A DNA stretch of 64,000 nucleotides. Origin: Mustelus asterias (Eukaryota). The stretch lies in contig NC_135804.1 of NCBI RefSeq assembly GCF_964213995.1, positions 33,666,001 to 33,730,000 on the forward strand, read 5' to 3'. The notes beneath the pieces were generated by a model. That model saw only the letters and a list, made by a program, of their open reading frames with translations, ran no database searches and had not been told where the DNA came from. This document shows positions 1-13,300 of the stretch, in pieces (positions within the stretch are counted from its first letter, which is position 1; the number at the start of each line of letters is the position of its first letter). Position numbers and translations under genes: made by a program.

Positions 1-2200
1 TCAATCAGGTAACATTGTACACCAGAGAGACCACTTAAAATCTGATCCATTGATCTTTGATATAGAACTGACGTGCATGTTATTCCAAAAGGCAATCTGA
101 TCACAAAAAAGATCTTTGAGTAACAATGGTAAGCAACGGTTGCAATCCAGCAGTTACATTAATCTGTAAATATGGTTAAAGATCAATCTTGCCGAGTTTC
201 TGCTCATTTTATATCCCAGCAAACAAATCTTCAATTAAAGGAAGTGGATATCGGCACAACACTGGATTTATGGTTGTTTTACAATCAACAAATAAGAACT
301 GAACCATCTGGTTCCATAACACATACAAAAGGGGGTAAAGCTCAGTCACTCACTGTAACCAGCGTTAACAAATTCTACTAATTTTCCTTCGACCTTGGAA
401 TGAATTGCATTTGGCACCACTCCTGCTTTGAGACTTTTGGTTCACTCTTCAGCTTTATTTTGAGTTTCACCGGAACTGCCTTCATTCAGCCAAGTGTCTC
501 TTCGAATATACTAATTTATTAAGAAGCTGTAGGTCCGTTTTGGCATTGAACAATCTGTTGACAGCACTCCAGTTAAGCTTTATATTCTCCAACCATGATC
601 TCTCACAGAGCGGGAAAATTACCATGGACCACATGCAGAGGCAATGCTTGTTTGTCCATTCAACTCTGTGCTGACCATGATGTAACCTCTCAATAGCACA
701 GCCTCTTCCACGCATCTTTTTAAAATCACATCAGCTGGTTTTAAAGGAAAATATTTCAGCTTTTGTTGTAGTTTCAGGAATTAAAAATACAGCAGCACCA
801 GTATCAACCCCCCCCCCCCATCTGAATAGGTTATCTACATAGATTCTGGGTGATTCTGAAGTTACATGATTCAGCCTGTCTAGATAAGACATCCAGTTGG
901 AGTTCATCATCATATTTCTGGACCTTCTCTTCAGTCATAATTCTTTTCTTTCATGTTCCAAATTATTTTTGAAGAATACAACTTATGCTTCTTCTTTAAG
1001 GTACCCACATTCTTCTGAATATTCTTCTTAGGGAAGCTAGTCCAGCCCAACAAACATTTGTAATCTGACCCATTTTGCCATAATTCTTGCATTGACTATC
1101 CCTGCTCCTGCATTCACTTGTTGAATGGCCCATTTTGGCACATCTGCGGCATGCTTTTGCCTTCTTATGGGCAGTTGCTAACTTGTAGATCTTCATTTCT
1201 GCACTAAATTGAGAAGCCTCTTCAGTGGCCAGTTCTGTCGACACTGCAATTTCTACTGCTGTCTTCAAAATCAAAGCATACTCAGTGAGCAATCTTCTTT
1301 GGATAGGCTCAATTTGGAGACCACAAACTAGACAATCTCGAAGAGTATCTTCTGATGATGCACTAAATTCTCAACGTTGTGCCAGCCTTTTTAAAGTTGC
1401 CACAAACTTTCACCATCCATTTGAGTTCTTCAGTGGAACTTGAACTGTTCCACGATGACCAATGGCTTTGCAGGGTGATGCTCATCAAGGACCTTTGTCA
1501 AGTCATCGTAAGTTTTGGTTCCTTGTTTTGCTGGATAAACCACTTTTTGGAACAAATTAATTGTACTAAGCTGGATGAGCAACACATTTGCAATTTTATT
1601 CAATGCACAAAGTACTAAAATGCCCTGCTTAGGAACTCCATGATTCATTTTCTTCATTGAAAGGACTCATGGATGCCAGTTGACCCGCCATTCCTCTAGC
1701 AAACCCAAGACTGCTCAGTATAATTTGTATTAGCTTCCCAGTACTCCCCTTAGCCCTGGAGACACTTAACTTGATGTTTCTTTGTCCAAATGGCCCCGGC
1801 CACACAGCAAAATATTCCTTTATTTTTAAATATGCCAGATGCTGCTTGAAATCTTCCCTGCCCTGGCATTTCAATTTTTAATCCTGTTGTTGCTTTGCCT
1901 TGCCTTCAAAATATTCAAAGTGAGAACACAATGTTTTTCTTCTACTTATGATCTTTCTCTATGTTCTCAATGAAACAAAATCATAATTCCACCAATTTTC
2001 TTTTTGTAGTATCCTGCCAGGGGTTGTGGATTTTTTTTTTTAAAAAAGTGCTTTGCAAAGATTCAAACCAACAATAGATTTATTCTAGGACCTCTTGCCT
2101 GCAAGTACTGAAACTCAAAGGAACTGAATATCACCATTAAATCATATGACTAGTTCTTAAAGCAATCATGCAACTACTTAACTATATGAATATTAACTAC
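1..2200 (-). mobile_element. Decayed Gypsy-type LTR retrotransposon (gag zinc knuckle, protease, start of RT)
   Basis: Broken ORFs with CRRCAKMGHSTSEC (CCHC knuckle), VDTGAAV (aspartic protease) and HHPAKPLVIVEQFKFH (gag); RT-like remnants toward position 1. Confidence 0.8.
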
Positions 2201-2479
2201 TTAAATATATGCACTTTTACTAATAATTTTATGTGCAACCTTAACAAATGTTTTCACAAGTCCATAAAACATCCACAAGCATCATGCTGGTGACCCCCTC
2301 AAGAAAGTCAACTAGATTAGTCAGATATGACGTATTTTCAACACATTTATGCTAACTCTGACCAGCTCATACTTGCGCAAGGATTCAGTCACTCTGTCCC
2401 TAATGAAAGTTTCCAGTAATTCCGCAACTGATGCCTGACAATTTTAGTTGCCTGGTTTTGTTCTCACTTTTAGAAAAGT

Positions 2480-2815
2480 ACTAATAGAATCCCTACAGTG
2501 CAGAACGAGACCAACCAACCCATCAGGTCAGCACAAACTCACCTAAAGAGCATCCCACCCCTGCAAACCCACACACTTACCAATGGCTAATCCACCTAAC
2601 CTACAATCCTTGGACACCAAGGGACTTTCAACATGGCCAATCTAGCTAACCTGCACAGCTTTGGACTGTGGGAGAAAACCAGAGCACACGGAGGAAACCC
2701 ACAGACACAGAGAATGTGCAAACTCCACACTGATAGTCACCCATGGCCAGAGTTGAACCCAGGTCCCTGTTGCTGTGTGGCAGCAATGCTAACTGCTGTG
2801 CCATCCTGCCACCCA
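2480..2815 (-). mobile_element. tRNA-derived SINE (HE1-like, CR1-type tail)
   Basis: Reverse complement of the SINE seen at 16825 and 25475; diverged copy. Confidence 0.8.
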
Positions 2816-4387
2816 TTTTCTTGAATAACGGATTGTATTTTTAATTCTAAATTTTCAATTTAATTAGAACTAAAATGTAATTAGAAAATAATGTATAATC
2901 AATTAAATTCCATTTCCCTCAGAATTAGCTCAACTTATTCATCCCTTCAACCAGATATTAAAAAATATGTCCATGGTTTGCAAATTCTTCACTGGCATGA
3001 CCATTTCATTGTCCTATAACTAAACTCTGACTTCATCCTCCTTCGTCAAAGTCCCCTGCAAATGATCTGAGCGAATTGTGCAATGTACAACTGAGTGAAC
3101 CAAGTGCATTGTGGATGCACGGGGATAAAGATCCAGGTGCAGTGCTTCAATGTTTTGCACAGAATGTTTTTTGCTTCACATCTGTGTCCCTGTTACTTCA
3201 AAACAATATACTCTGGCGGAACATCCAAGCATGTTCAGCAGATAGTTCCTCTTTCAGAAGAAAAATGATTTGAGCAAAACCTCGGTCAGGTCCCAGGGAA
3301 TGGTGGAACTATCCTGTGTAGCAATGTACGTGGATTGTTTATTTGGGATGAGGTACCGGTTATAGTTGAGATTCCGTTGTTTTAAAACAAAGCTCACCAA
3401 TCGGTGCAGACTCGATGGGCCAAATGGCCTCCTTCTGCACTGCAGGGATTCAATGACTGTATGAATCACAGTGTGAAAAACATGGTCTGAATTATATTTT
3501 TTCACAACTTGTATTTGGACACTTTATAGGGGTGTTATCAAACAAAACCTGAAAACAAGCATTATAGGATGAGGCCAAAGCTTGGTCAGAGGTTTTTTTA
3601 AAGGAGCATCTTGGAGGGGGAGAGAGGGAGGAAGAGATTTAGAGGGGAAATTTCAGAGTTTAAAGACATGGACAACTGAAGGCACAGGCACCAATGCTAG
3701 AGCAATTAAAATTGGGAATGTTCCAGAAGCCAGAATTGGTGAAGCAATGTGATCCAAGGGAATGTAGGGGAGGGTTTCTTGGGCTGGAGGAGATTAGAGA
3801 TAGGGAACATCAGACCTTGGATGGAGTTAATATACGTCAATTAGCCTAAGTAAGATGGTGAGCGAGACAATGCAAGTTAGGTCATGGCAGTAGAGTTGCC
3901 TCAAGTTTGAGGCAACTCTACATGGCAATGAATTGCCTCAAGTTTGCGGTGGGTAAACCTGTGATGGCTGTCCAGGAACTGTAGGAATAATTAAATCAAG
4001 AGGCAAAGGCATGGTTTCAGCAGCAAGGGCAAGGTCCAGTGATATCACTGAGGTGGCAATAGGCGGTCTTTGCAATGGCATCAATATGTGGTAGGATCCT
4101 CATTTCAGGGTCAAATAAAAGGGCCAAAAACCTTGTGGTTCAGCCTCAGACAACTGCCAGCGAGAGGAATGGAGTCACTGGCAAAGAAACAGTTTGTGAC
4201 GGGGTCCAAAGACGATAGCTTCTGTCTTCCCAATATTTAGTTGGGGAATGTTTCTGCTAATTCAGAAAAATGTCTGACACTTTCGAGGCAGTGAAGTGAA
4301 TTAACAGAGTTGGGGGAAAGCCTAGTATTAAATTTCAACTCCTTGTCTACAGAATATAGTCAAGCTTTAAATTTTAAAGTAACTCAC

Positions 4388-7300
4388 GTGTTTTCCTGTG
4401 TTCCACCAGGCCAATAGCTTGCTTTGCAGAGCACTTTGCAAACCAGTTGTCACCTAGTAAAACGGTGACTTCATTTGTGTGGATTAGCTGTCCTGGCATA
4501 AATGCAAGTGAGCCAAATGGCACCTGTTAATTATGAAATGAAAAAAATCAAGTCCATATTGAGTTGAATGCTCTCTATTTCAACTTGCTAAAAAAGTAAA
4601 ACAAAACTGCAATTTAAATACTTAATTACAATGACCACTTAAAAAACCTTTACCTACCAGAATTTTCTGGAAAAAAATCTAATTTTAGAAGGATTGGTAA
4701 CTTGACAAGGACGCAGCCATTTGAATATTTAATTGCCTTTACTTGCAGAAATACAAAACAGTACACCATGCATATAGCCTAGCAGCAGCGATGAACAGGT
4801 CACTCTGAGCACGAATCCATGCAAGCCCATACCACCGATGACGTCACCTGCACATACACTGATGGCGTCAGTATTTATATTCAGTAGGAAATTGCTTAGT
4901 GTACATTTTATAATATTTCTCCTCCCTTAATTTGAATCCCCCTTAAAGAAAGTAATGGTTAAGTAATAACACACATGATACTGAAGGCCTGTGGAAACAA
5001 CATTTTTTAACCCCTTTTAGGCTGTCATTCAAACTCTAACACAATGACATTCGTGTCTCAACTGTACTTCAGTCTTTCAGGAGTTTGGCGACTACTCTGT
5101 GACCTGAACAATGCACCTCATGTCTCAGGAGACACTGATGAGGCTGACCCCAGTTGAACTGGGCTTGTAGACGCAAGAATGGGGTGGGTGATTGTAAATG
5201 AATGTCCCTTATCCTCTCCTGGAGCAGAAACCATTGGATGCCCCTGTACATCAGGAACCATTTCCTGCTGGGTTTCCACTCACATTTCCTTCTGCCGTGT
5301 GGTCCGGAAATGTTATCGTTTCAGAGTCTTGGCACAGACAAAAGTGATCCTTGTGTCTGCGGATGACTCTTCCATTAGTTAGTTTCACCACTAAAGATAA
5401 TGGAAGCCAGTACTGGTTACCGCCAAATTTTCTCAGCCACAGCCATTTGGATTGAAATGCTTCTCTCTAGTATGGTGGTCGCGTCTCTCCTTCTGTTTTT
5501 CCTATCTCCTTCCCACTCTCACTTGGATATCTGGATGCAGCAGATCCAAGTGAGATTTTGGCTTCTTGCCCATCAGCATTTCAGCTGCTGAGTGTCCCAT
5601 CATTGCTTGTGGCATGATGCGGTACTGAAACAAGAACCAAGAGAGCTTAGTTCTCAAGGGTTCCATGTCATTCATTTGTGCCTGCACAGCTCAGGCCGCT
5701 AAACCGTTTGAGGCAGGATGAAAAAGAGCAGTACATGGTGTATTCAATTTCTCTGCATGAACGTCTGGAAGAACTAGTAAATAAAAAGTTGATCAGAGAT
5801 GAGAAAATCCAGTGAGCCACGAGTAGCAAAAACTTGGCACAGCTTTTCTATCACAATGGGAGCTGTGATGTTGCGCGCTTCCAGCCAGTTAGAGTGCATG
5901 CTCACATTGACTAGAAAACGCAAAGCCCACAAATAGCATAGACCAGAGACAAGCAGACCACTCCCACGGTGATGCTGGTGTTGCCATCTTTTGGTTGACC
6001 TAACACTCCAAAAAGGATTTCACCTTGTTCTCCAAGTCCTGATCCAGATGCACGACATTGTTAAACATTTCATTCAGGAGACATCCCAGGGAGCCTCATG
6101 GACTTCATTCAGAGTCGTACAGCACACAAAAGGCCATTTGGCCCACTTGAGTGCCCACCGACATTACCACTAAAATCACACTAATCCCATTTTTCAGCAC
6201 TTGGCCCAAATCCCTGAATGTTATGATATTTCAAGTACTCATCCAAATACTTGAAGGTTTACAACTTCCACTATCTCTCCAGGCTGTGCATTCCAGATTC
6301 TTATCATCCTGCGAAAATTATTTTTCTCAAGTGCGTCTTCTGGTTGACCCCTAAACCAAGGGGAACAGCTACTTCCTATTCAGCCTATCCATACCCCTCA
6401 ATCTTATACACTTCAGTCATTTGTCTTCGCTAACCCCCCCCACCAGCCTTCACTATTCTAAAGAAAATAATCCAAGCCAATCCTCTCCTTTATCTTCCAT
6501 CGACCTCCACTGTGGCACAGACTAGCTCCGCACACATCTCACTCACATTGAATCATAGATTTCCCAGAGTGCAGGAGGCCGCCATTTGGCCCATCGAGCC
6601 TGCACCGACTACAATCCCACGCAGGCCCTAATCGGTTGGAGCACTCCTCTTCCTGTTCTGTGCTTTCCAGGTGTTGCGCAGCTGACTCAAGCTTCTTTGA
6701 ACTTGAATTTCCTTGCCCAGCTTTGATTTGCTCTTAGGACCCCTGCAACTTTTAGCCAGTTGCCCCTTCTTGTTGCAATTGTGACAAGTGTCCATAAATT
6801 TGTAATTATTTGCAGTATGCATCGCCCCACACCTAAAATATCCCACTGCTTTTGCCTTTTTGCTGACTGCCTCTCTTCTCACTTGATACACCGCACTCAT
6901 CTGTGCGCCACAATGGCCTTTTGAATGTATTTTGCATTGTTGTTGCCATTTCCATTCCTTGAGAAATTTCTAGTGCTTCCTTGAAAGTGTGGCTTCTCCC
7001 AGCAGGTGGCACTGTATGCTGTCCTCATTAATTCCACAGAATAACCTGCCCCAAACACTCAATGTTCAGAGTTGACATAAGACAGCAAAGTTAGCTAAAG
7101 ACTGCCCCACCTTACAAAAATGACTAAGGAATGTAAACCACTGGGCATCTCTCAGGGCCTAGGCTTGTAGTGACTCTGAATGAGTGCAACTAAATTCACA
7201 AGTAAAACGTCCCCCTTTTTCCATGGTGTTGCTAAATTTCTCATTAGCCCCCCACACTCAGGAACATTGAGCACTTTTTAGCCTCATATGCAATTCCATT

Positions 7301-10300
7301 TGCCAAGAAAAAGTGTTTCAACCTTTCCACACATTCAGTGCAGTTCCTGCTCTCCTCCACAAACTCAATGATAGTCCCGAGCCCGCTGGTTTGTACGCTG
7401 CCGGCATACTCTCGGAGCTGTCAGTCGGAGCCTTCGACCCTTCACTGATAACCACCAAGCACTCTAGCTACTCACTGTTCCAGTTAGTTGAGTAGCAAAA
7501 CTGTGCGTCGTCAAGCTGAAGCTTGAATATTACCTCGTTGTCAAAAGGATGTGGTAACTTAATTGTGATGCGTGCATTTGAATCTTTACTTGCAGAAATA
7601 CAAGATAAAATGGTACAGCATGCACATAGCCTGGTGGCAACAATGAACAGGTCCCTCGTAGCAACAATAACAATGCACGCAAGCCCCTGCTTCTGATGCC
7701 ATCACCTGCTCATGCTCACACTTATTGATATTCAATAGGATTTTGCTTACTGCACATTCTATAATAACCTATACACTATATGCAAGTCTTGAGTGCATCC
7801 ATGACAATTCAAAGTGTAAGTATTACAGATAGTGTTTTTTTTCTAACTTGGAGTTGAAACTTCAGGACATTTCTGATGCTTGTAATGACCTGTCCCTCCC
7901 GTCAGATTTAAGTTACTGAAACTAAGCAACCAAAACTAACACTAACAATCCAGCGGCCACACACATATAGAGCAAAGGACATAGACAGCATTGTGTTGAA
8001 CTGTGACATATTCTATAGTTGAATAGCTTGAGGTAACTCACCATCCATGCTCATGCATTAATAATTTCCACCTAGATGAAGCACATGATAAAACCATAAC
8101 TCAGCAAGGAGCTTCCATCTAAAGCGGGGCAAATAAAATTTGCCATTGAAGTGGAAGGAACAATGCAGCCAGCTCGTACCCAAAACTTTACTGTGCCAAA
8201 ATACTACAAATGATGTCAACATAAAGCTATGGCTCAAGTCTGCTTAAAAGTAGGAGGGGGAGGAAAGAAAATCAGAAGGATAGAAAGTCGATTCTGCAAT
8301 GTGACGTTAAATATTTTATAGCAACCAAAAAATTGCTTTATCTGTGGCTGGAAGTCTCCAAATGGAAATGTCTTTTTCGCTGGTGATGTTCGCCCTCTGT
8401 ACCCAAAGAGATCCTCCACCCTGCTGCTGCCCACACTGCCCACCACCACACCCTCCTCCTCCCATAATAACATTTTAATCACTGGCAAAATCAACAATGG
8501 TTTGTTAGCTCTAACTTGAAAAGATTAGCGTGTCAAAGAGGAGCTCTCAAAGAAACAGGTGTTTCAATTGTTGAGAAGGAAATAAAAGGCACACTTACAT
8601 AATTTTGCAAATGAAAGAAAATAAAACTTTTACAGGAAGATTTCATACTCACCATAACATCGTAAGACACTTTGTCAGGCAAAGTTTTAAGCCTGCTTTG
8701 AAGTGCTTCATAGTCATTTTGCACTTTAACCCTAAAAGTTAACATTTAAATTTTCAAATTACTCAAACGATTTATGCATGTACAAATATAAATTGTATCC
8801 CATAAAATGCTATTTGCTTTCAAGATGTGTGCCATTCTTGACTTTCAATATTACACCAATTTAGAGATCCCTAACAGAGCTTGTGCAATGTGTCTTCATG
8901 AAGTATATTGAGTAAACTGTAACCGTGCTTCAATGGCAATAATTATTTGAAACAGCTAATAACAGCATTTACACAATTCTCAAGTTCCTACATAAAGTTG
9001 GTTAACAATGTGCACAAAAAGCACTATTCCAATTATATAAAATCATATGACAACAAATTTCCAATCTGTCAAAACATGATCACACACACCTCATATAACT
9101 TAGATCAGTTAGCAACTTGGGACAACACAAAATATAATTATCTGGTCTGCAAAAGGAGACAATGTAATCCCTAGTTTCCAATGGATCAGTGGGTAAGCAA
9201 ATTGCACATCAGGTGAGAAATCAGGTTTAATTGCTGTTGTGTCAAGGTGGCCAATCGCAATTAGGTTGGTGAAGGCACAAATAAGCTCAGTCCTCTTGCT
9301 CTACACAAGGGCTGGAGAATAATCAAGTAATAAATCAGGGCAAGTGCAGAGAAATCAACAGCAGAATCTTGACCACTTCCCATCCCAATCCTAAAAGTGT
9401 GAAGGCTAATTATAGCTTTGGGTGGGAGCAGTTAACCAAGTACTTGGAATATTTCTGGCCAATGATGCATTACTCTGCATTTAAAAGGAAGGAGGAATTT
9501 GCAATTAAACAGTGCTGTTTATATCCACAAATGCCCTAAAGTGCTTCACAGGCAATGGATTACTTTTATAGCACTATAACTGTTGAAATGCAGGCAAATG
9601 TGTCAGTCAATTTGCAAACTGCAAGGAACAACAATCAGCACCGGAATAAATGATCAGACAAACTGTTTCAATGATGTTGGTTGAAGCATGAGTTGACCAG
9701 GGAATGATTCTGCTCTTCAAATGTGACAATGGAGTTGAAATTGGTCAATGCCAGTAATACAAAATGGCCCATTAGTGCACTGCAGCCTATTGGGCACAGT
9801 GTAAAACAAGCTGATTTGCTTTCAACCCATCTTGCATCGTTATCACAGACTAATTTCTTTCAGTTTCCATTAGGGAGACGCACTGTGATTTAATGTCTCA
9901 TCTGAAAAATGTTCCTAAAGTGCAGTACTCCTCTAGTAGCAGTCAAACTTCAGCCTAAATAATTTGTTCAAGTCTGCATTGGAGCTTGAATACATGACTT
10001 GTGAAAGTAAAGGTGAGAATTCTACCAGAGCCACCTGGGAGGTGATAAATTCAACAATATCTCAAGTTTTTCCTTCATCGTGAGAAAACTAGCCTTTTCA
10101 TAAATTTTGGGGGGTCAAAAAACTTTGACAAGACCAAGTATACTTATGGCATTATCACCAATAGAATAACTCATCTTCCCCACATATAACTATTCAATAT
10201 ATTAGAGAGTAATACTAACCTCACTGGTATGATGAGCACATGACACTGTTAAGCTGGCCATTTTTTTGCAGTATGGTTATGCATCCTTTCTAGAATACTT

Positions 10301-13300
10301 GGATCATTTTTCCCAGTAAATCTTGTCAGAGTGAAGTTAATGGTTTTCTTAAAGCTAACTCGTGCCTGTACAAGTATCTGCTAGTAACTTAATGTTCTGA
10401 CTCTTAGGAGTGTAGAAAGGGCTTGTATAAACAGATAAACCTTGTACACATAGATAGACAGGGAATAGTCACCAGTATGATAACCAAGTGAGACTCTGTG
10501 GTGCTGATTAGGCCAGGCCACCAATGTAATGCGAAGATGGACAGAACAAACCTAAAAAGCACAACATCTGTTCTCCAGGTCAAGGTTAATATTCCTTGGT
10601 CTACAAATAAATATTTTTGAACTTAACCTGAGTGGATTTATTTCTGGAGTCTAAAGTGCAAAACTCCTCATCTGTATGAAGTCTTTGAAATTGACAAAGC
10701 ATAGGACATTAGACCAAGTTGTGGTAATTAAAAAAGTTATATATTCTATATTGACATCACTTGTTTACCGCAAACTACAGCAAAGTAAACAAATTACTTT
10801 AACCAGTGCAAAGCTGGCACAAAATGTACAATTAAAAAAATATCTATGTATTGTTTCATCATATTTTACAATTTCTATTGACAAGATATAATTTTTAACA
10901 ATTGACAAGCAAAGTTAGAGATCTTAATAGAGCAAGTGTGTCCCAGAGAAATGTTTGGACTTACCAGTGCTGGATTTTTTCCTTGCAGCTTGCGACCACC
11001 TGTTATTAAAATAGACAACTGCTCATGAAAAGCAATGTCAAGAATTCCAAGACTGTTCATACTGTAAACAAAAATACAGCAAACAACTGCAACTTAATTG
11101 ACCAAAAAATAAGAGGTACCTGAAATAAATCCACCTTGCTACGAGACTTCATTGTTTGATGACAAACACTATTACGTCTCAAGGTAATACAAATGGATTG
11201 TTTTTCTTGCTGTTTTTACAAACATTCACTATGAACTTTAGTATATCTTCTGAATTACTTTAAAAAATTTTTGCTTGCCTCAGGTCGAATATACAAATCG
11301 ACCCTTAATTGCATATATTTAGCATGCATGACCAAATCAAAAACCTATATTAAAAAATACTGTATGCTAGGAATCTGAAAAAAGAGATGAAAAAATACTC
11401 AGTAGATCAACCAGCATCTATGGAGAGAAACAAAATTGATGTTTCAGGCCGAGATGACCTTTGATCAAAGCTGAAGAAAGTTTGAAATGCAAGAGTTTTT
11501 AGGTCAAACTATAATTCTTTACTATACCCATTAACAATCTTTGGCACCTTGAAATCTTGTTATTTAATCTCCCCGCCCTCCACCCAATTACAGACCTTCA
11601 CTTTTGTTCATCCACCCGCTCTCCCCATTCATTGGTTTAAAACCTCTTACATTTCCAAGTTAACAAATTAAATGCCTGCCCATTTTCCTCAGGCACTGAA
11701 AATTACTTGAATCCAGAACCGATTTCTCCTTTCTCTTCATTACACATGAAAGCTATTAACACCACTTTAAGTACAATTTAAAGCAAACAATTTAGGTCAT
11801 TAGTTACAGTAAACAAACAACCTTTAGTGATAAACACAATCACATTAACACATACAATAATTTGTAATGCAATTTCCCCCTCCCCAATAAAAAATATTTC
11901 CATTTAATGTACTTTATAGACAACCCCAAGAGGAAAAGAATCATTGAAAAGGTGACTGCCGAAGCAAATGAATTCTTTATAAGTTGCAGCAAATCTGAAA
12001 AAGTAGAACAGAGAAGAAATATGCTGCTCCGTAAATAATGTGAAAACATACACCACATACGTGCTCTGTTAAAAAAAAGAACGACATACTGTCTTAGTCA
12101 GTCATTGGTCTGTTGAGCGTTAACTGACTCAGCTAAAACAATAGAGTTATAATTGGCCTCAACACCCTTGGAGGGGGAAAAGAAAAATTAAGCCCAGTTC
12201 TGATCACTATACAATAAAACCTATAAACATTACGCAATTAGAAATATCAGGTTCAACAATTTCTATGGCTGAATAGCACACTTCGCTGAATACATTTGTG
12301 TATGAAGATTGGCTACTTGGGCAAGGACCTGGTAATCATCTCCAACAAGCAATTTCTTGGAGATAGTAAGACAATGGAATCATAGAACCTTATGGTAGCA
12401 AGGCGGATAGCACTGCTGCCTCAGTGCCAGAGACCCGAGTTTGATGCCCAGCTTGGATGACTGTGCAGAGTCTGCACGAGTTTCCTCCAGGTGCTCAGGT
12501 TGCCTCCCACAGTCCGAAAGACATGCTGGTAAGGTGCATTGGCCATGCTAAATTCTCCCTCGGTGTACCCGAACAGGTGCTGGAATGTAACTACTAGGGG
12601 ATTTTCACTAACTTCATTGCAGTGTTAATGTAAGCCTACTTGTGACACACAAACTTTACAGTGCAGGTGGTGATTCGATCTATCGAGCCTGCACTGGCAA
12701 CAATCCCACCGAGGCCCTATTCCCATAACCCCACGTTTTTACGCTGCTAACCCACCTGACACCAAGGGTAATTTACCATGGCCAATCCACCTAACCTACA
12801 CATATTTGGACTGTGGGAGGAAACCCACACAGACACGGGCAGAATGTGCAAACACCACAGTCACCCAAGGTCAGAACTGAACCCAGGTCCCTGGCGCTGA
12901 GACAGCGGTGCTAGCCACTGTGCCACCATGCTGCCCTAAGAATGCCAGTAATTTCAATACTGATTATACTTGGAATTTCACAAAGATAAATATCCTCAAA
13001 GTTCTCCACTCCCCACTCTTAAAAGCTGTTTTAAAGAAACGTACTTCCATGCACCTCCCCAACCCCTCCCCTCAGTCCACTTTGCTAATATTCTCCCTTC
13101 TCTCTTGAAGAGTAGACCAGTGGCCTGCATTCACTTGGAGTATGTTGGCTACCACAGTGGAATGCAGAATCCCTCGCTTTCCCAATTAGCCATGCATAGG
13201 TCTCTACCCCAAATCAAATATGAAATAAAGACAACAATCCAGTAAAACAAGTATCAAAATTCAGTCATGGCATTTCACTTCAAAATGTACTTCTTCGATT

